DNA from: Trueperaceae bacterium
GTDB lineage: Bacteria; Deinococcota; Deinococci; Deinococcales; Trueperaceae
Direction of reading: 5' to 3'
DNA: 64,000 nucleotides
NCBI GenBank assembly: GCA_034520945.1
Contig: JAXHNB010000006.1
Span: 32,001 to 96,000 of the forward strand
Shown here: positions 7,512 to 16,132 of the stretch, one piece after another
How positions within the stretch are numbered: position 1 is the stretch's first letter
Layout of the letters: every line of letters starts with the position of its first letter
Notes under the pieces: generated by a model
Databases searched by the model: none
Seen by the model: only the letters and a program-made list of their open reading frames with translations
What the model was told of the DNA's origin: nothing
Made by a program: the position numbers and the translations under genes

Positions 7512-9554
7512 ATGTCGGAACTCAGGAACGTAGCCGTCCTGTCGCACAGTGGCGCAGGCAAGACCTCGCTGGTGGAGGCGATGCTCTACCGCGCCGGGGC
7601 GATTACCGAGATGGGACACGTCGAGGAGGGAAGCACCGCCTCCGACCGCCTGCCCGAGGAGGTGCGGCGCAAGATCAGCATCACCTCCACCATCCATCCG
7701 ATCACGTGGCAGGGTCACCCGTTCAACCTGATCGACGCGCCCGGCTACGCCGACTTCGTGGGCGAGATCCGGGGCGCCCAGGCCGCCGCCGACGCGGCCC
7801 TGATCGTGGTGTCGGCCGTGTCCGGCGTGGCGGTCGGCACCGAGCGCGTGTGGACCGCCAGCGCCGAGCGCGAGCTGTCCAGCATGTTCGTGATCAACAA
7901 GATGGACCGCGAGAACGCCGACTTCTTCCGCACCATGTCGGGCATCGAGCAGAGCCTGGCCGGCAACATCGCCGCCATTCAGGTGCCGATCGGCCAGGCC
8001 GAGGACTTCCGCGGGCTGGTGGACGTGCTGCACATGCGCGCCTACGTGTGGCCGGAGGGCACGCCGGTCGAGGTCGACATGCCGGACGAAGTGGCCGGCG
8101 TGGCGCAGGAGTACCGCGAGCGCCTGATCGAATCGGTCGTCGAGACCGACGACGACCTGATGATGCAGTACCTCGAGGACGCCGAGATCTCCGCGGAGGC
8201 CATCGCCCGGGCGTTCTACGCCGCCGTGCGCGGCGGGCAACTCACCCCGGTGCTGCTCACCTCCGCCGAGCGGGCGATGGGCGTGTCGATGCTGCTGGAC
8301 TTCATGGCCGAAGGGGTCCGCTTCGTCGAGGATCACGCCCCCCTGCCGGTCGTTCAGGGCGACCCGCCGGTGCTGGGCGAGGACCAGCCGTTTTCGGCGC
8401 GCGTGTTCAAGACCACCGTCGACCCCTACCTCGGCAAGATCAACTACCTGCGCGTGCTGTCCGGGGTGCTGCGCGCGGGCGACACGGTGCTGGACACGAC
8501 GCAGCAGTCCAAGGTGCGGCTGAGCCACCTGTACGTCCCCAAAGGGCGCGAGGTGAGCGAGGTCAAGGAGCTCCGCGCCGGCATGATCGGCGCCATCACC
8601 AAGGTCGAGGCGGTGCATACCGGCGACACCCTGGCGGCGGAGGAGCGCCCCTTCACGCTGCAGCCGATCCGCTTCCCGCCGCCGGTGATGGCGGTGGCGC
8701 TGGAGCCGGCCACCCGCGCCGACGACGACCGCATGGGCGACGCGCTCCACAAGTTGTTGGAGGCCGACCCGACGCTGGCGCTGGAACGCAACCCGGAAAC
8801 GCGCGAGACGGTCCTGTGGGGCATGGGCCACGTGCACCTCGAGGTGTCCATCGCGTTGATGAAGGAACGTTACGGCGTGAACGTCGCCCACCGTCCCCCC
8901 AAGGTCGCCTACCGGGAGACCCTGCAGGGCCAGGGGGAGGCCCGCTACCGCCACAAGAAGCAGAGCGGCGGCGCCGGGCAGTTCGCCGAGGTGGCGCTCC
9001 GCGTCGCCCCGGGCGAGCCGGGCTCGGGCCTCACCTTCGCGTGGGGCGTGGTAGGCGGCGCCATCCCGACGCAGTTCCAGACCAGTTGCGAGAAGGGCGC
9101 CCAGCAGGCCATGCAGGGCGGCGTGCTGGGCGGGTTCCCCGTCTCCGACGTGGCGGTGACGGTGTTCGACGGCAAGCACCACCCGGTCGACAGCAAGGAC
9201 GTCGCCTTCCAGATCGCGGCGGCGCAGGCGTTCAAGGAGGCGGTGCTGCAGGCCGACCCGGTGCTGCTGGAACCGGTCGCGCTGCTGAAGGTGCGCGTGC
9301 CGGACCGCTTCACCGGCGACGTGATCGGCGACCTGAACGCGCGCCGCGGCCGCATCCTCGGCATGGACAACGAAGGCTCGGTGTCGACCGTCAGCGCGCA
9401 CGTGCCCGAGGCGGAACTCAGCGCCTACTCGCCCGAACTGCGCTCGCTGACCGGCGGGCGCGGGGCGTTCTCGCGCAAGTTCGATCACTACGCGGCCGTG
9501 CCGCAGCACCTGGCGGACAAGATCCTCGAGGAGGCCCGCGCGGCGGCCAACTAG
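7512..9554 (+). CDS. fusA2: Elongation factor G-like protein (EF-G2/EFG II subfamily)
   Basis: SHSGAGKTS P-loop, DAPGYADF, NKMD, GMGHVHLE, HKKQSGGAGQF, LLEPV. Confidence 0.92.
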   Translation: MSELRNVAVLSHSGAGKTSLVEAMLYRAGAITEMGHVEEGSTASDRLPEEVRRKISITSTIHPITWQGHPFNLIDAPGYADFVGEIRGAQAAADAALIVVSAVSGVAVGTERVWTASAERELSSMFVINKMDRENADFFRTMSGIEQSLAGNIAAIQVPIGQAEDFRGLVDVLHMRAYVWPEGTPVEVDMPDEVAGVAQEYRERLIESVVETDDDLMMQYLEDAEISAEAIARAFYAAVRGGQLTPVLLTSAERAMGVSMLLDFMAEGVRFVEDHAPLPVVQGDPPVLGEDQPFSARVFKTTVDPYLGKINYLRVLSGVLRAGDTVLDTTQQSKVRLSHLYVPKGREVSEVKELRAGMIGAITKVEAVHTGDTLAAEERPFTLQPIRFPPPVMAVALEPATRADDDRMGDALHKLLEADPTLALERNPETRETVLWGMGHVHLEVSIALMKERYGVNVAHRPPKVAYRETLQGQGEARYRHKKQSGGAGQFAEVALRVAPGEPGSGLTFAWGVVGGAIPTQFQTSCEKGAQQAMQGGVLGGFPVSDVAVTVFDGKHHPVDSKDVAFQIAAAQAFKEAVLQADPVLLEPVALLKVRVPDRFTGDVIGDLNARRGRILGMDNEGSVSTVSAHVPEAELSAYSPELRSLTGGRGAFSRKFDHYAAVPQHLADKILEEARAAAN

Positions 9555-9567
9555 CGCGCGCAGGCGC

Positions 9568-10404
9568 TCACAGCGCCGCCAGTTGTTCCTTGACGTCCTC
9601 GGCCAGCTCGCGGCCCAGCTGCTCCGCCTCCTTGGCGTCGCCGCTGACGCTGGCTTGCAGGCTGCGGCCGTCCTCGGCGACGGCGCCGAACAGGCGCATC
9701 TCGCCGTCTTCGCTGACCGAGGCCAACGCCCCCACCAGGTGCCCGTCCAGGGCGGCGGCGAAGGCGCGTTCGGCGCGGACGCGGTCGTAGCTGGGGCGGT
9801 GTTGCAGGGTGTACGCCAGTTCGAACGCCAGGTCGTCGTTTTCCTGCACCAGCAGCCCCAGCGCGCCCTGGCCCGGCGCCGGCGCGAAGGTTTCGGGCTC
9901 CAGCAGCGCGTCGATGCGGTTGCGTTGGTCCAGGATCCACAGCGTGGCGCCCGGCAGGATCAGCGCCTGCAGCTCGTCCCGGGTCATGCGGGCCAGGTCG
10001 TCGTCCAGCGAGGTGCCCAGCGGCAGTGAGCGAAGGTCGGGGCGGAGCGCCCGCAGGAAGGCTTCGTCGCGGCCCTCCCGCACGCCGACGACGCTGCCGG
10101 CCGCCAGGCCGGCCAGCTCCTTCGCGCGGCGGGAGACCAGCGCGCATCGCGGTTCGAGGCGACGGGCGACGGCGGCCAGCACCACGCCGCCGGGCAGGGC
10201 GGGCGGCAGCGTGTCCAGGGGTTGCACGGCGATGCCGATCGTTTCCTGCGCCAACGCGTCGGCCAGGGCCGCGGGGGCGTCCGCACGGACCGTCTTCTGG
10301 GTAATCTGGACGTCGGGCCATTCGGCGTTCAGTTCCGTGAGGACGGACCGCGCCTGGCGAAGTGCCACGGCGCCGTCGCGATTCCCCATCACGATGCGAG
10401 CCAT
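9568..10404 (-). CDS. Hydroxymethylbilane synthase (HemC)-fold protein, catalytic residues degenerate
   Basis: Retains PAPGQGALG and AERAF and overall HemC layout; lacks VHSxKD, SSLRR, RGNV and GGC motifs. Confidence 0.8.
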   Translation of the reverse strand: MARIVMGNRDGAVALRQARSVLTELNAEWPDVQITQKTVRADAPAALADALAQETIGIAVQPLDTLPPALPGGVVLAAVARRLEPRCALVSRRAKELAGLAAGSVVGVREGRDEAFLRALRPDLRSLPLGTSLDDDLARMTRDELQALILPGATLWILDQRNRIDALLEPETFAPAPGQGALGLLVQENDDLAFELAYTLQHRPSYDRVRAERAFAAALDGHLVGALASVSEDGEMRLFGAVAEDGRSLQASVSGDAKEAEQLGRELAEDVKEQLAAL

Positions 10405-10553
10405 GACCTCGTTCTATCACAGTCGCGTACCGGGGGCGCACGGCACCTGCCGCGTGCCCGGCGCGCTCCAACCTGCGCTGGCCGGAGCGTGGCCTAGCGG
10501 TGCGCGTCGATGACGGGTCCGACGGCGTCGACGGTCCGGCGCGCATCGTCGCC

Positions 10554-11729
10554 TCAGCCCTGCGCCGCCGCCGCCTGTTGCAGGTCCGCCACCCGGTCGG
10601 TGCGTTCCCAGGGGAAGTCGTCCCGCCCGAAGTGCCCGTAGCTGCTGGTCGGCACGTAGATGGGGCGGCGCAGGTCCAACTGCTCGATGATGGAGGCCGG
10701 CCGAGCGTCGAAGGTGTCCCACACGATGCGGGATAGGGTTTCGTCGGACAGGCGCGAGGTGCCGAAGGCGTCGACGTACAGCCCGACGGGTCGGGCGACG
10801 CCGATGGCGTAGGCCATCTGCACCTGGCAGCGGCGCGCCAGGCCGGCCGCGACCACGTTCTTGGCGATGTAGCGTGCGTAGTAGCTGCCCGAGCGGTCGA
10901 CCTTGGTCGGGTCCTTGCCGCTGAACGCGCCGCCGCCGTGCGGCACGGCGCCGCCGTAGGTGTCCACGATGATCTTGCGGCCGGTCAGGCCGGCGTCGGC
11001 CTGCGGCCCGCCGCGCACGAAGCGGCCGGTGGGGTTGATGTAGTAGGTGGTGTCGGGCGTGACCAGGTCGGCGGGGACGACCGGCCCCACCACGTGCGCG
11101 AGCACGTCGGCGCGGAGCTGCTCGATGTCGATGTCGTCGCTATGCTGCGCCGAGATCACCACCGCGTCGACGGCGGCGGGGGTGTCGCCCTCGTAGGCGA
11201 TGGTGACCTGCGCCTTGCCGTCCGGCCGCAGGTAGGGCAGGGTGGCGTCCTTGCGGACGGTGGCCAGGCGCTGCGCCAGGCGGTGCGCCAGCGTGATCGG
11301 CATCGGCATCAGCGCGGTGGTGTCGTCGCTGGCGTAGCCGAACATGATGCCCTGGTCGCCCGCCCCGATGCGGTCGAAGCGATCGCCGCTGCCGGCGTCC
11401 ATGGCGCTGTCGACGCCGCGGGCGATGTCGGGCGACTGTTCGGTGATGGCGATCAGGACCGAGGCGTGGTCGGCGTCGATGCCGTAGGAGGCGTCCACGT
11501 AGCCGACCTCGCGCACGGTCTCGCGCACGATGCGTTGCAGGTCCACGTACCCTTCGCAGCGGATCTCGCCGGCGATGAGGGCCAGGCCGGTGGTGAGGAT
11601 CGTCTCCGCCGCGACGCGGGCGTCGGGGTCGCGTTGCAGGATGGCGTCCAGCACCGCGTCGCTGATGCGGTCGGCGAGCTTGTCGGGGTGTCCTTCGGTG
11701 ACCGATTCGGCGCTGATGAGTCGTCGCAC
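10554..11729 (-). CDS. metK: S-adenosylmethionine synthetase
   Basis: [37 protein letters not shown] start after GGAGG. Confidence 0.98.
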   Translation of the reverse strand: MRRLISAESVTEGHPDKLADRISDAVLDAILQRDPDARVAAETILTTGLALIAGEIRCEGYVDLQRIVRETVREVGYVDASYGIDADHASVLIAITEQSPDIARGVDSAMDAGSGDRFDRIGAGDQGIMFGYASDDTTALMPMPITLAHRLAQRLATVRKDATLPYLRPDGKAQVTIAYEGDTPAAVDAVVISAQHSDDIDIEQLRADVLAHVVGPVVPADLVTPDTTYYINPTGRFVRGGPQADAGLTGRKIIVDTYGGAVPHGGGAFSGKDPTKVDRSGSYYARYIAKNVVAAGLARRCQVQMAYAIGVARPVGLYVDAFGTSRLSDETLSRIVWDTFDARPASIIEQLDLRRPIYVPTSSYGHFGRDDFPWERTDRVADLQQAAAAQG

Positions 11730-11886
11730 GGCATCCTCCAAGCGGAACGCGGGTGGACGCGCGCCCGTTGCGGAGGCGCGCATCGGTGCGCCTGCGCCGG
11801 CGTTCGCCCGCTCCAGTTCGGGAATGCTACCAGAGCCGCCCCCGCGGGCCATCGCCCGCCCGCGCGCCAGCCGCTACACTCGGGGA

Positions 11887-12450
11887 GTGGACGCCTCCCG
11901 GCACGCGACCGCTACACCGCCCCCGAACGCCGCGCCCGTACGGATCCGCGCCGCCACGCCCGGCGACGCGCGCGCCCTGGCGGCGTTGATGGAGGGAATC
12001 TACCGCGAGGGACGGTGGTTCGTGGGGGACGAGGGGCCCACGTCGGGGCTGCTGGCGCGCCGCCTGCGCGGGCTGGATCCGGCGCGGGAGCTGATGCTGG
12101 TGGCGGAGGCGGGGGCCGCCCCCATCGCGTGGCTGGAGGCCGGCCGGTACCTGCCGCGCCGCTTGGCCCACGTGGCCACCCTCACCCTGGGGGTGGCGCC
12201 GGAGTGGCGGGGCCGCGGCGTGGCGACCCGCCTGCTCCGTGCCGCCCTGCCGTGGGCGCAGCGGGTAGGGGTGGCCAAGCTGCGCCTGGACGTGCGGGCG
12301 GGCAACAGCGCCGCGCGGGCGTTGTACGAGAAGGAGGGGTTCGTGCTGGAGGGCCGCGAGGTGGGGCACGTCCGCACCGAGGGCGGCTACGAGGACAACC
12401 TGTTGATGGGCCGCTGGATCGGGGGCGAGGCGCCGGCGGACGGCGGCTAG
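11887..12450 (+). CDS. GNAT-family N-acetyltransferase
   Basis: VAPEWRGRGVATRLL, N..ARALYEKEGF; TACACT box 6 nt before GTG. Confidence 0.88.
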   Translation: MDASRHATATPPPNAAPVRIRAATPGDARALAALMEGIYREGRWFVGDEGPTSGLLARRLRGLDPARELMLVAEAGAAPIAWLEAGRYLPRRLAHVATLTLGVAPEWRGRGVATRLLRAALPWAQRVGVAKLRLDVRAGNSAARALYEKEGFVLEGREVGHVRTEGGYEDNLLMGRWIGGEAPADGG

Positions 12451-12492
12451 GGCGGGCGGCGCGGTCGGGTCGCCCGGCCGGTACACTGCCGC

Positions 12493-13026
12493 ATGCCGGA
12501 GGCGAACCCTGCCGAGTGGCCCGCGCAGCGCGTGGGGCTGTTCGTGGACACGCAGAACCTGTACTACGCCGCCCGCGACGGCCACGGGCGGCACGTGGAC
12601 TACGCGCGGCTGCTGGTGCACGCCGCGCGGGGGCGGCGCCTGCAGCAGGCCAACGCCTACGTGGTCGAGCGGGAGGGCGAGCGCGCCGCCTACGGCTTCG
12701 TGACCAAGCTGTCCGCCCTCGGCTACCGGGTGCACCGCCGCACGCTGCGGGTGCACCGCGCCGACGACGCCGGGCGCACCGTGATGGAGGGCGACTGGGA
12801 CATGGGCATCGCCGCCGACATGGTTCGTGCGTGGGACGCGCTGGACGTGCTGGTGCTGGCCAGCGGCGACGGCGACTACGTGCCGATGCTGGCGCTGGCG
12901 CAGGAGCGCGGCGTGCGCGTCGAGGGGATGGCGTTCCGCAGCACCACCAGCCAGGCGCTGATCGACCGGGTCGACCGGTTCGACGACCTCGCGGCGATGG
13001 AGGGGATCTTCGTCGGGGCGGAGTGA
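12493..13026 (+). CDS. NYN/LabA-DUF88 (PIN-like) domain protein
   Basis: LFVDTQNLYY, DWDMGIAAD, LASGDGDY acidic motifs. Confidence 0.88.
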   Translation: MPEANPAEWPAQRVGLFVDTQNLYYAARDGHGRHVDYARLLVHAARGRRLQQANAYVVEREGERAAYGFVTKLSALGYRVHRRTLRVHRADDAGRTVMEGDWDMGIAADMVRAWDALDVLVLASGDGDYVPMLALAQERGVRVEGMAFRSTTSQALIDRVDRFDDLAAMEGIFVGAE

Positions 13027-13045
13027 GCGGCGGGGCGGCGCGCCG

Positions 13046-14461
13046 TCACTCCTGCGCGATGCGGGCCTCCAGCAGCCTGCGCACCACCGCCGGGTCGGCC
13101 GTGCCGCCGCTCTCCTTCATCACCCGCCCCAGCAGGGCGTTGATGGCCTTGGGCTGTTGCCGGGCGGAGTCGACGATGGCGGGATGGGCGGCCATCACCG
13201 TGTCGACCAGTTCGCCGATGGCGTCCTCGTCGGCGACGCGGGCCAAGCCGCGTTCCTCGACCAGCGCGGCCGGATCGGCGCCGGCCATCACCTCGCCCAG
13301 GATCTCCTTGGCGGCGGCGTTGGAGATGGTGCCGTCCTGCACCAGCGACAACAGCGCCGCCAGCCGCGCTGGGTCCAGCTCGGCCTCCGCCAGGGTGGCG
13401 CCCTCCTGGCGCACGCGGCCGGCCACCTCGCTCAACAACCAGTTGGCGACGGTCTGGGCGGGCCCGTCGAAGGCGGCATGGACGGCGTCGAACGCCGCGG
13501 CGGCCGCCGGGTCGTAGGCGAGGGTGGCGGCGTCCTCGGCGCGGACGGCCAGCGCCACGTACCGCGCCCGCTTCTCGGCCGGCCGTTCGGGCATGGTGTC
13601 GCGCAGGCGCGTCAGCCACGCGCGGTCGATGTGGATCTCGGGCAGGTCGGGGTCGGGCATGTAGCGGTAGTCGGCGGAGCCCTCCTTGGTGCGCAGCGGC
13701 ACCGTCTTCTGGCCGCCCTCGTTCCAGCCGCGGGTCTCCTGGGTGACCCAGGAGCCGTCCTCGATCAGTCGCTCCTGGCGCCGGATCTCGAAGTGCAGCG
13801 CCGCTTCGACGCTGCGGAAGCTGTTCAGGTTCTTGACCTCGACCTTGGTGCCGAACGACCCGTCCTGGTGGCGCAGCGACACGTTCACGTCGGCCCGCAT
13901 CTTGCCCTCCTCGGGGCTGGCCTCGCTGACGCCCAGCGCGCGGGCCAACGCCCGGACCTCCTGCAGGAACGCGCGCGCTTCCTCGGGCGAGGCCACGTCC
14001 GGGTCGGTGACCATCTCGATCAGGGGGGCGCCCGCCCGGTTCAGGTCCACCAGGCTGTAGCCGGCGTAGGCGGGGTGCACCAGACGCCCGGCGTCCTCCT
14101 CCAGGTGGCAGCGCGTGATGCCGATCTCGCGTCCGTCGGGGACGTGCAGCACGCCGTGCTCGCCGATGGGGCGGTCGAACTGGCTGATCTGGTAGTTCTT
14201 GGGCGCGTCCGGGTAGAAGTAGTGCTTGCGGTGAAACTGGGTGCGCGCCGGGACCTGGCAGTCCAGCGCCAGCGCCAAGCGGATCGCCTTCTCGATGGCC
14301 TCGCGGTTGGCGACCGGCAGGCTGCCGGGGAGGCCCATGCACACGGGGCAGACGTGGGTGTTCGGCGCCGCGCCGAACCCCTGGGCGTCGCAGCCGCAGA
14401 ACATCTTGCTGCGGGTCGCGACGGCGAGGTGGATCTCCAGTCCGATCACCGGGTCCGGCAT
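13046..14461 (-). CDS. gatB: Asp/Glu-tRNA amidotransferase subunit B
   Basis: VIGLEIH, SKMFC, RKHYFYPD.PKNYQISQ, DLNRAGAPLIE. Confidence 0.97.
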   Translation of the reverse strand: MPDPVIGLEIHLAVATRSKMFCGCDAQGFGAAPNTHVCPVCMGLPGSLPVANREAIEKAIRLALALDCQVPARTQFHRKHYFYPDAPKNYQISQFDRPIGEHGVLHVPDGREIGITRCHLEEDAGRLVHPAYAGYSLVDLNRAGAPLIEMVTDPDVASPEEARAFLQEVRALARALGVSEASPEEGKMRADVNVSLRHQDGSFGTKVEVKNLNSFRSVEAALHFEIRRQERLIEDGSWVTQETRGWNEGGQKTVPLRTKEGSADYRYMPDPDLPEIHIDRAWLTRLRDTMPERPAEKRARYVALAVRAEDAATLAYDPAAAAAFDAVHAAFDGPAQTVANWLLSEVAGRVRQEGATLAEAELDPARLAALLSLVQDGTISNAAAKEILGEVMAGADPAALVEERGLARVADEDAIGELVDTVMAAHPAIVDSARQQPKAINALLGRVMKESGGTADPAVVRRLLEARIAQE

Positions 14462-14564
14462 GGCGGCCAGTCTAGCAGGGCCCCGCGCCACGGGGCGGGC
14501 CGGTTCCGTCCTGGAGCGTCCTCGCGCCACCGAAGGCCGGGCCCGGGTGCGCTATGCTCGGGTC

Positions 14565-14990
14565 ATGGTCCGTATGCAGCTGGACGACATCGCCGTCTCG
14601 GGCGAAAGCAATCAGTTCCTGCTCCTGTTGCGGAGCGAGGACGACCGCATGCTGCCGATCGTCGTCGACGCCATGCAGGCGCTGGCGATCGCGGCCGGCC
14701 GCAGCGGCGAGAAGAGCGAGCGGCCCCTCACGCACGACCTGGTGTTGTCGCTGCTGGAGGTGCTGGGGGCCGAGGTGAACCAGGTCGAGATCACGGACCT
14801 GTCCGAAGGCACCTTCTACGCCATGCTCAGCGTCGAGCGGGGCGGCGTCCGCTTCGACGTCGATGCGCGGCCCAGCGACGCGCTGGCGGTCGCCGTCCGC
14901 ACCGGCGCGCCGATCTACGTCGCTGAACACGTGCTGGAGGACTCCGGCCTGTCCGACGATACCGAGACCCAAGGCGGGTTCGAGGCCTGA
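14565..14990 (+). CDS. Bifunctional nuclease family protein (DUF151)
   Basis: LPIVV, RPLTHDL, GTFYA, DARPSDALAVA. Confidence 0.92.
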   Translation: MVRMQLDDIAVSGESNQFLLLLRSEDDRMLPIVVDAMQALAIAAGRSGEKSERPLTHDLVLSLLEVLGAEVNQVEITDLSEGTFYAMLSVERGGVRFDVDARPSDALAVAVRTGAPIYVAEHVLEDSGLSDDTETQGGFEA

Positions 14991-15074
14991 GCCGGCGAGG
15001 GCGTCCGCGCCATCGACGGCGCCCGTACGAACGACGCATGCGCGACCGCGCCCAAGCGTGGGCGGCGGGCGTGG

Positions 15075-15374
15075 TCAGTCCGGGACGGGCAACGCGTCGC
15101 CGGTGTCGAGGGCCCGCAACGCCTTGGCCAGTCGGACCAGCCGCGCAGTGAGCGTCCGTACGTCGGCTTCCAGGTGGCGGGCGTCGGCGAGGGCGGGCGC
15201 CAGCGGCACGTCCAACTCCTGGCGCAGCGCCTCGCGTTCGGCCAGGGGCCGCTGCGGCCAGTCGGGGTGGCGGGTCATTCGGGTCCACAACCGTGCGAGC
15301 TCGAAGCCGAGCCGGCGCCGGTCGGCGAGGTGCTGGTAGCGGAGGCGGTGGTCGGAGGGCGGCCGCTCGTTCAT
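15075..15374 (-). CDS. Hypothetical helical protein (99 aa)
   Basis: ORF fills the intergenic gap; TAGAAT box 8 nt before ATG. Confidence 0.6.
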   Translation of the reverse strand: MNERPPSDHRLRYQHLADRRRLGFELARLWTRMTRHPDWPQRPLAEREALRQELDVPLAPALADARHLEADVRTLTARLVRLAKALRALDTGDALPVPD

Positions 15375-15397
15375 TTCAGAGTATTCTACTCAGGGTT
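15373..15397. promoter_or_regulatory. IscR/Rrf2-like 25-bp inverted repeat overlapping the -10 box and start of the 99-aa gene
   Basis: ATTTCAGAGTATTCTACTCAGGGTT, core GAGTA-ttc-TACTC. Confidence 0.45.
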
Positions 15398-15461
15398 TGG
15401 GTGGGGGGACGAGGGACGGACGACCCGCGGCGCGGCGGCGACCCGTATGGCGACCCCAAAC

Positions 15462-15488
15462 ACGCGCCCCGCCGGGGGCGGGGCGCGT
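15462..15488 (-). terminator. Hairpin terminator downstream of dps
   Basis: ACGCGCCCCGCC-ggg-GGCGGGGCGCGT followed by GTTT on the minus strand. Confidence 0.6.
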
Positions 15489-15512
15489 TCAGGTTCGGCC
15501 TGAGAGCGGGGC

Positions 15513-16010
15513 TCAGCCCTGCAGGTGCGCTTCGAGGAAGTACAGCGACTTGTCGATCTCGCGCGAGATCTCGGTGAACAGGTCCTCGGTGGTGGGGTCG
15601 CCCAGCTCGCCGGCGCGTTGCAGCGCGGCACGGGTGCTGGCGGCGTAGGCCGCCCAGCGCTCGGACAGGGCCTTCAGGTGCGCATTGCCGTCGGTGGCGT
15701 CGGTCGGGAATTCGGGGAGGGTGGAGGTTTCGGCCGCCATGCGGACGGTGCCGGTGGCGTACCCGCCGAGGGCGGTGACGCGCTCGGCCAGCTCGTCCGT
15801 GAACGGCTCGACCACGCCCGCGACCTGGTCGAACAGCAGGTGCAGCTGCATGAAGTCGGGCCCCTTGACGTTCCAGTGGGCCTGCTTGGTCTGGCTGTGC
15901 AGGTCGGCGTTGTCCGCCATCTGCTGGTTCAACAGCGAGACCAGTTCCTTGCGGGCGTCGTTCGCGATGTCGATGCGGGTCTGGAAGGTGCGATCGGTGG
16001 TGGTGGGCAT
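15513..16010 (-). CDS. dps: DNA protection during starvation protein (mini-ferritin)
   Basis: KQAHWNVKGPDFMQLHLLFD, DELAER, GDPTTEDLF. Confidence 0.96.
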   Translation of the reverse strand: MPTTTDRTFQTRIDIANDARKELVSLLNQQMADNADLHSQTKQAHWNVKGPDFMQLHLLFDQVAGVVEPFTDELAERVTALGGYATGTVRMAAETSTLPEFPTDATDGNAHLKALSERWAAYAASTRAALQRAGELGDPTTEDLFTEISREIDKSLYFLEAHLQG

Positions 16011-16091
16011 GGGATCCTCCTGTACTTCGAAGTGACGTTGGCGCGTCCCTCATGGGGGCGCGTCGGGTACGAGGCGTAGTCTAGCACATTT

Positions 16092-16108
16092 CTCGGAACC
16101 ATTCCGAG
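16092..16108. promoter_or_regulatory. Fur/PerR-like inverted repeat in the dps promoter
   Basis: CTCGGAA-cca-TTCCGAG just upstream of extended -10 TGcTAGACT (minus strand; TAGACT hexamer at 16078-16083). Confidence 0.45.
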
Positions 16109-16132
16109 TTCTTTGGGCGACGTGCCAGCGTG

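Noticed and set aside
6212..9790. Very long alternative-frame and antisense ORFs (e.g. 6212-9790, 10938-13517, 20336-23014, 46898-50047)
   Set aside because: Arg/Gly/Ala/Pro-rich shadow ORFs overlapping well-supported genes; expected from stop-codon scarcity at high GC.
11887..13026. GNAT-NYN toxin-antitoxin pair
   Set aside because: No antitoxin-like DNA-binding partner, no gene overlap, and each gene has its own -10 box.
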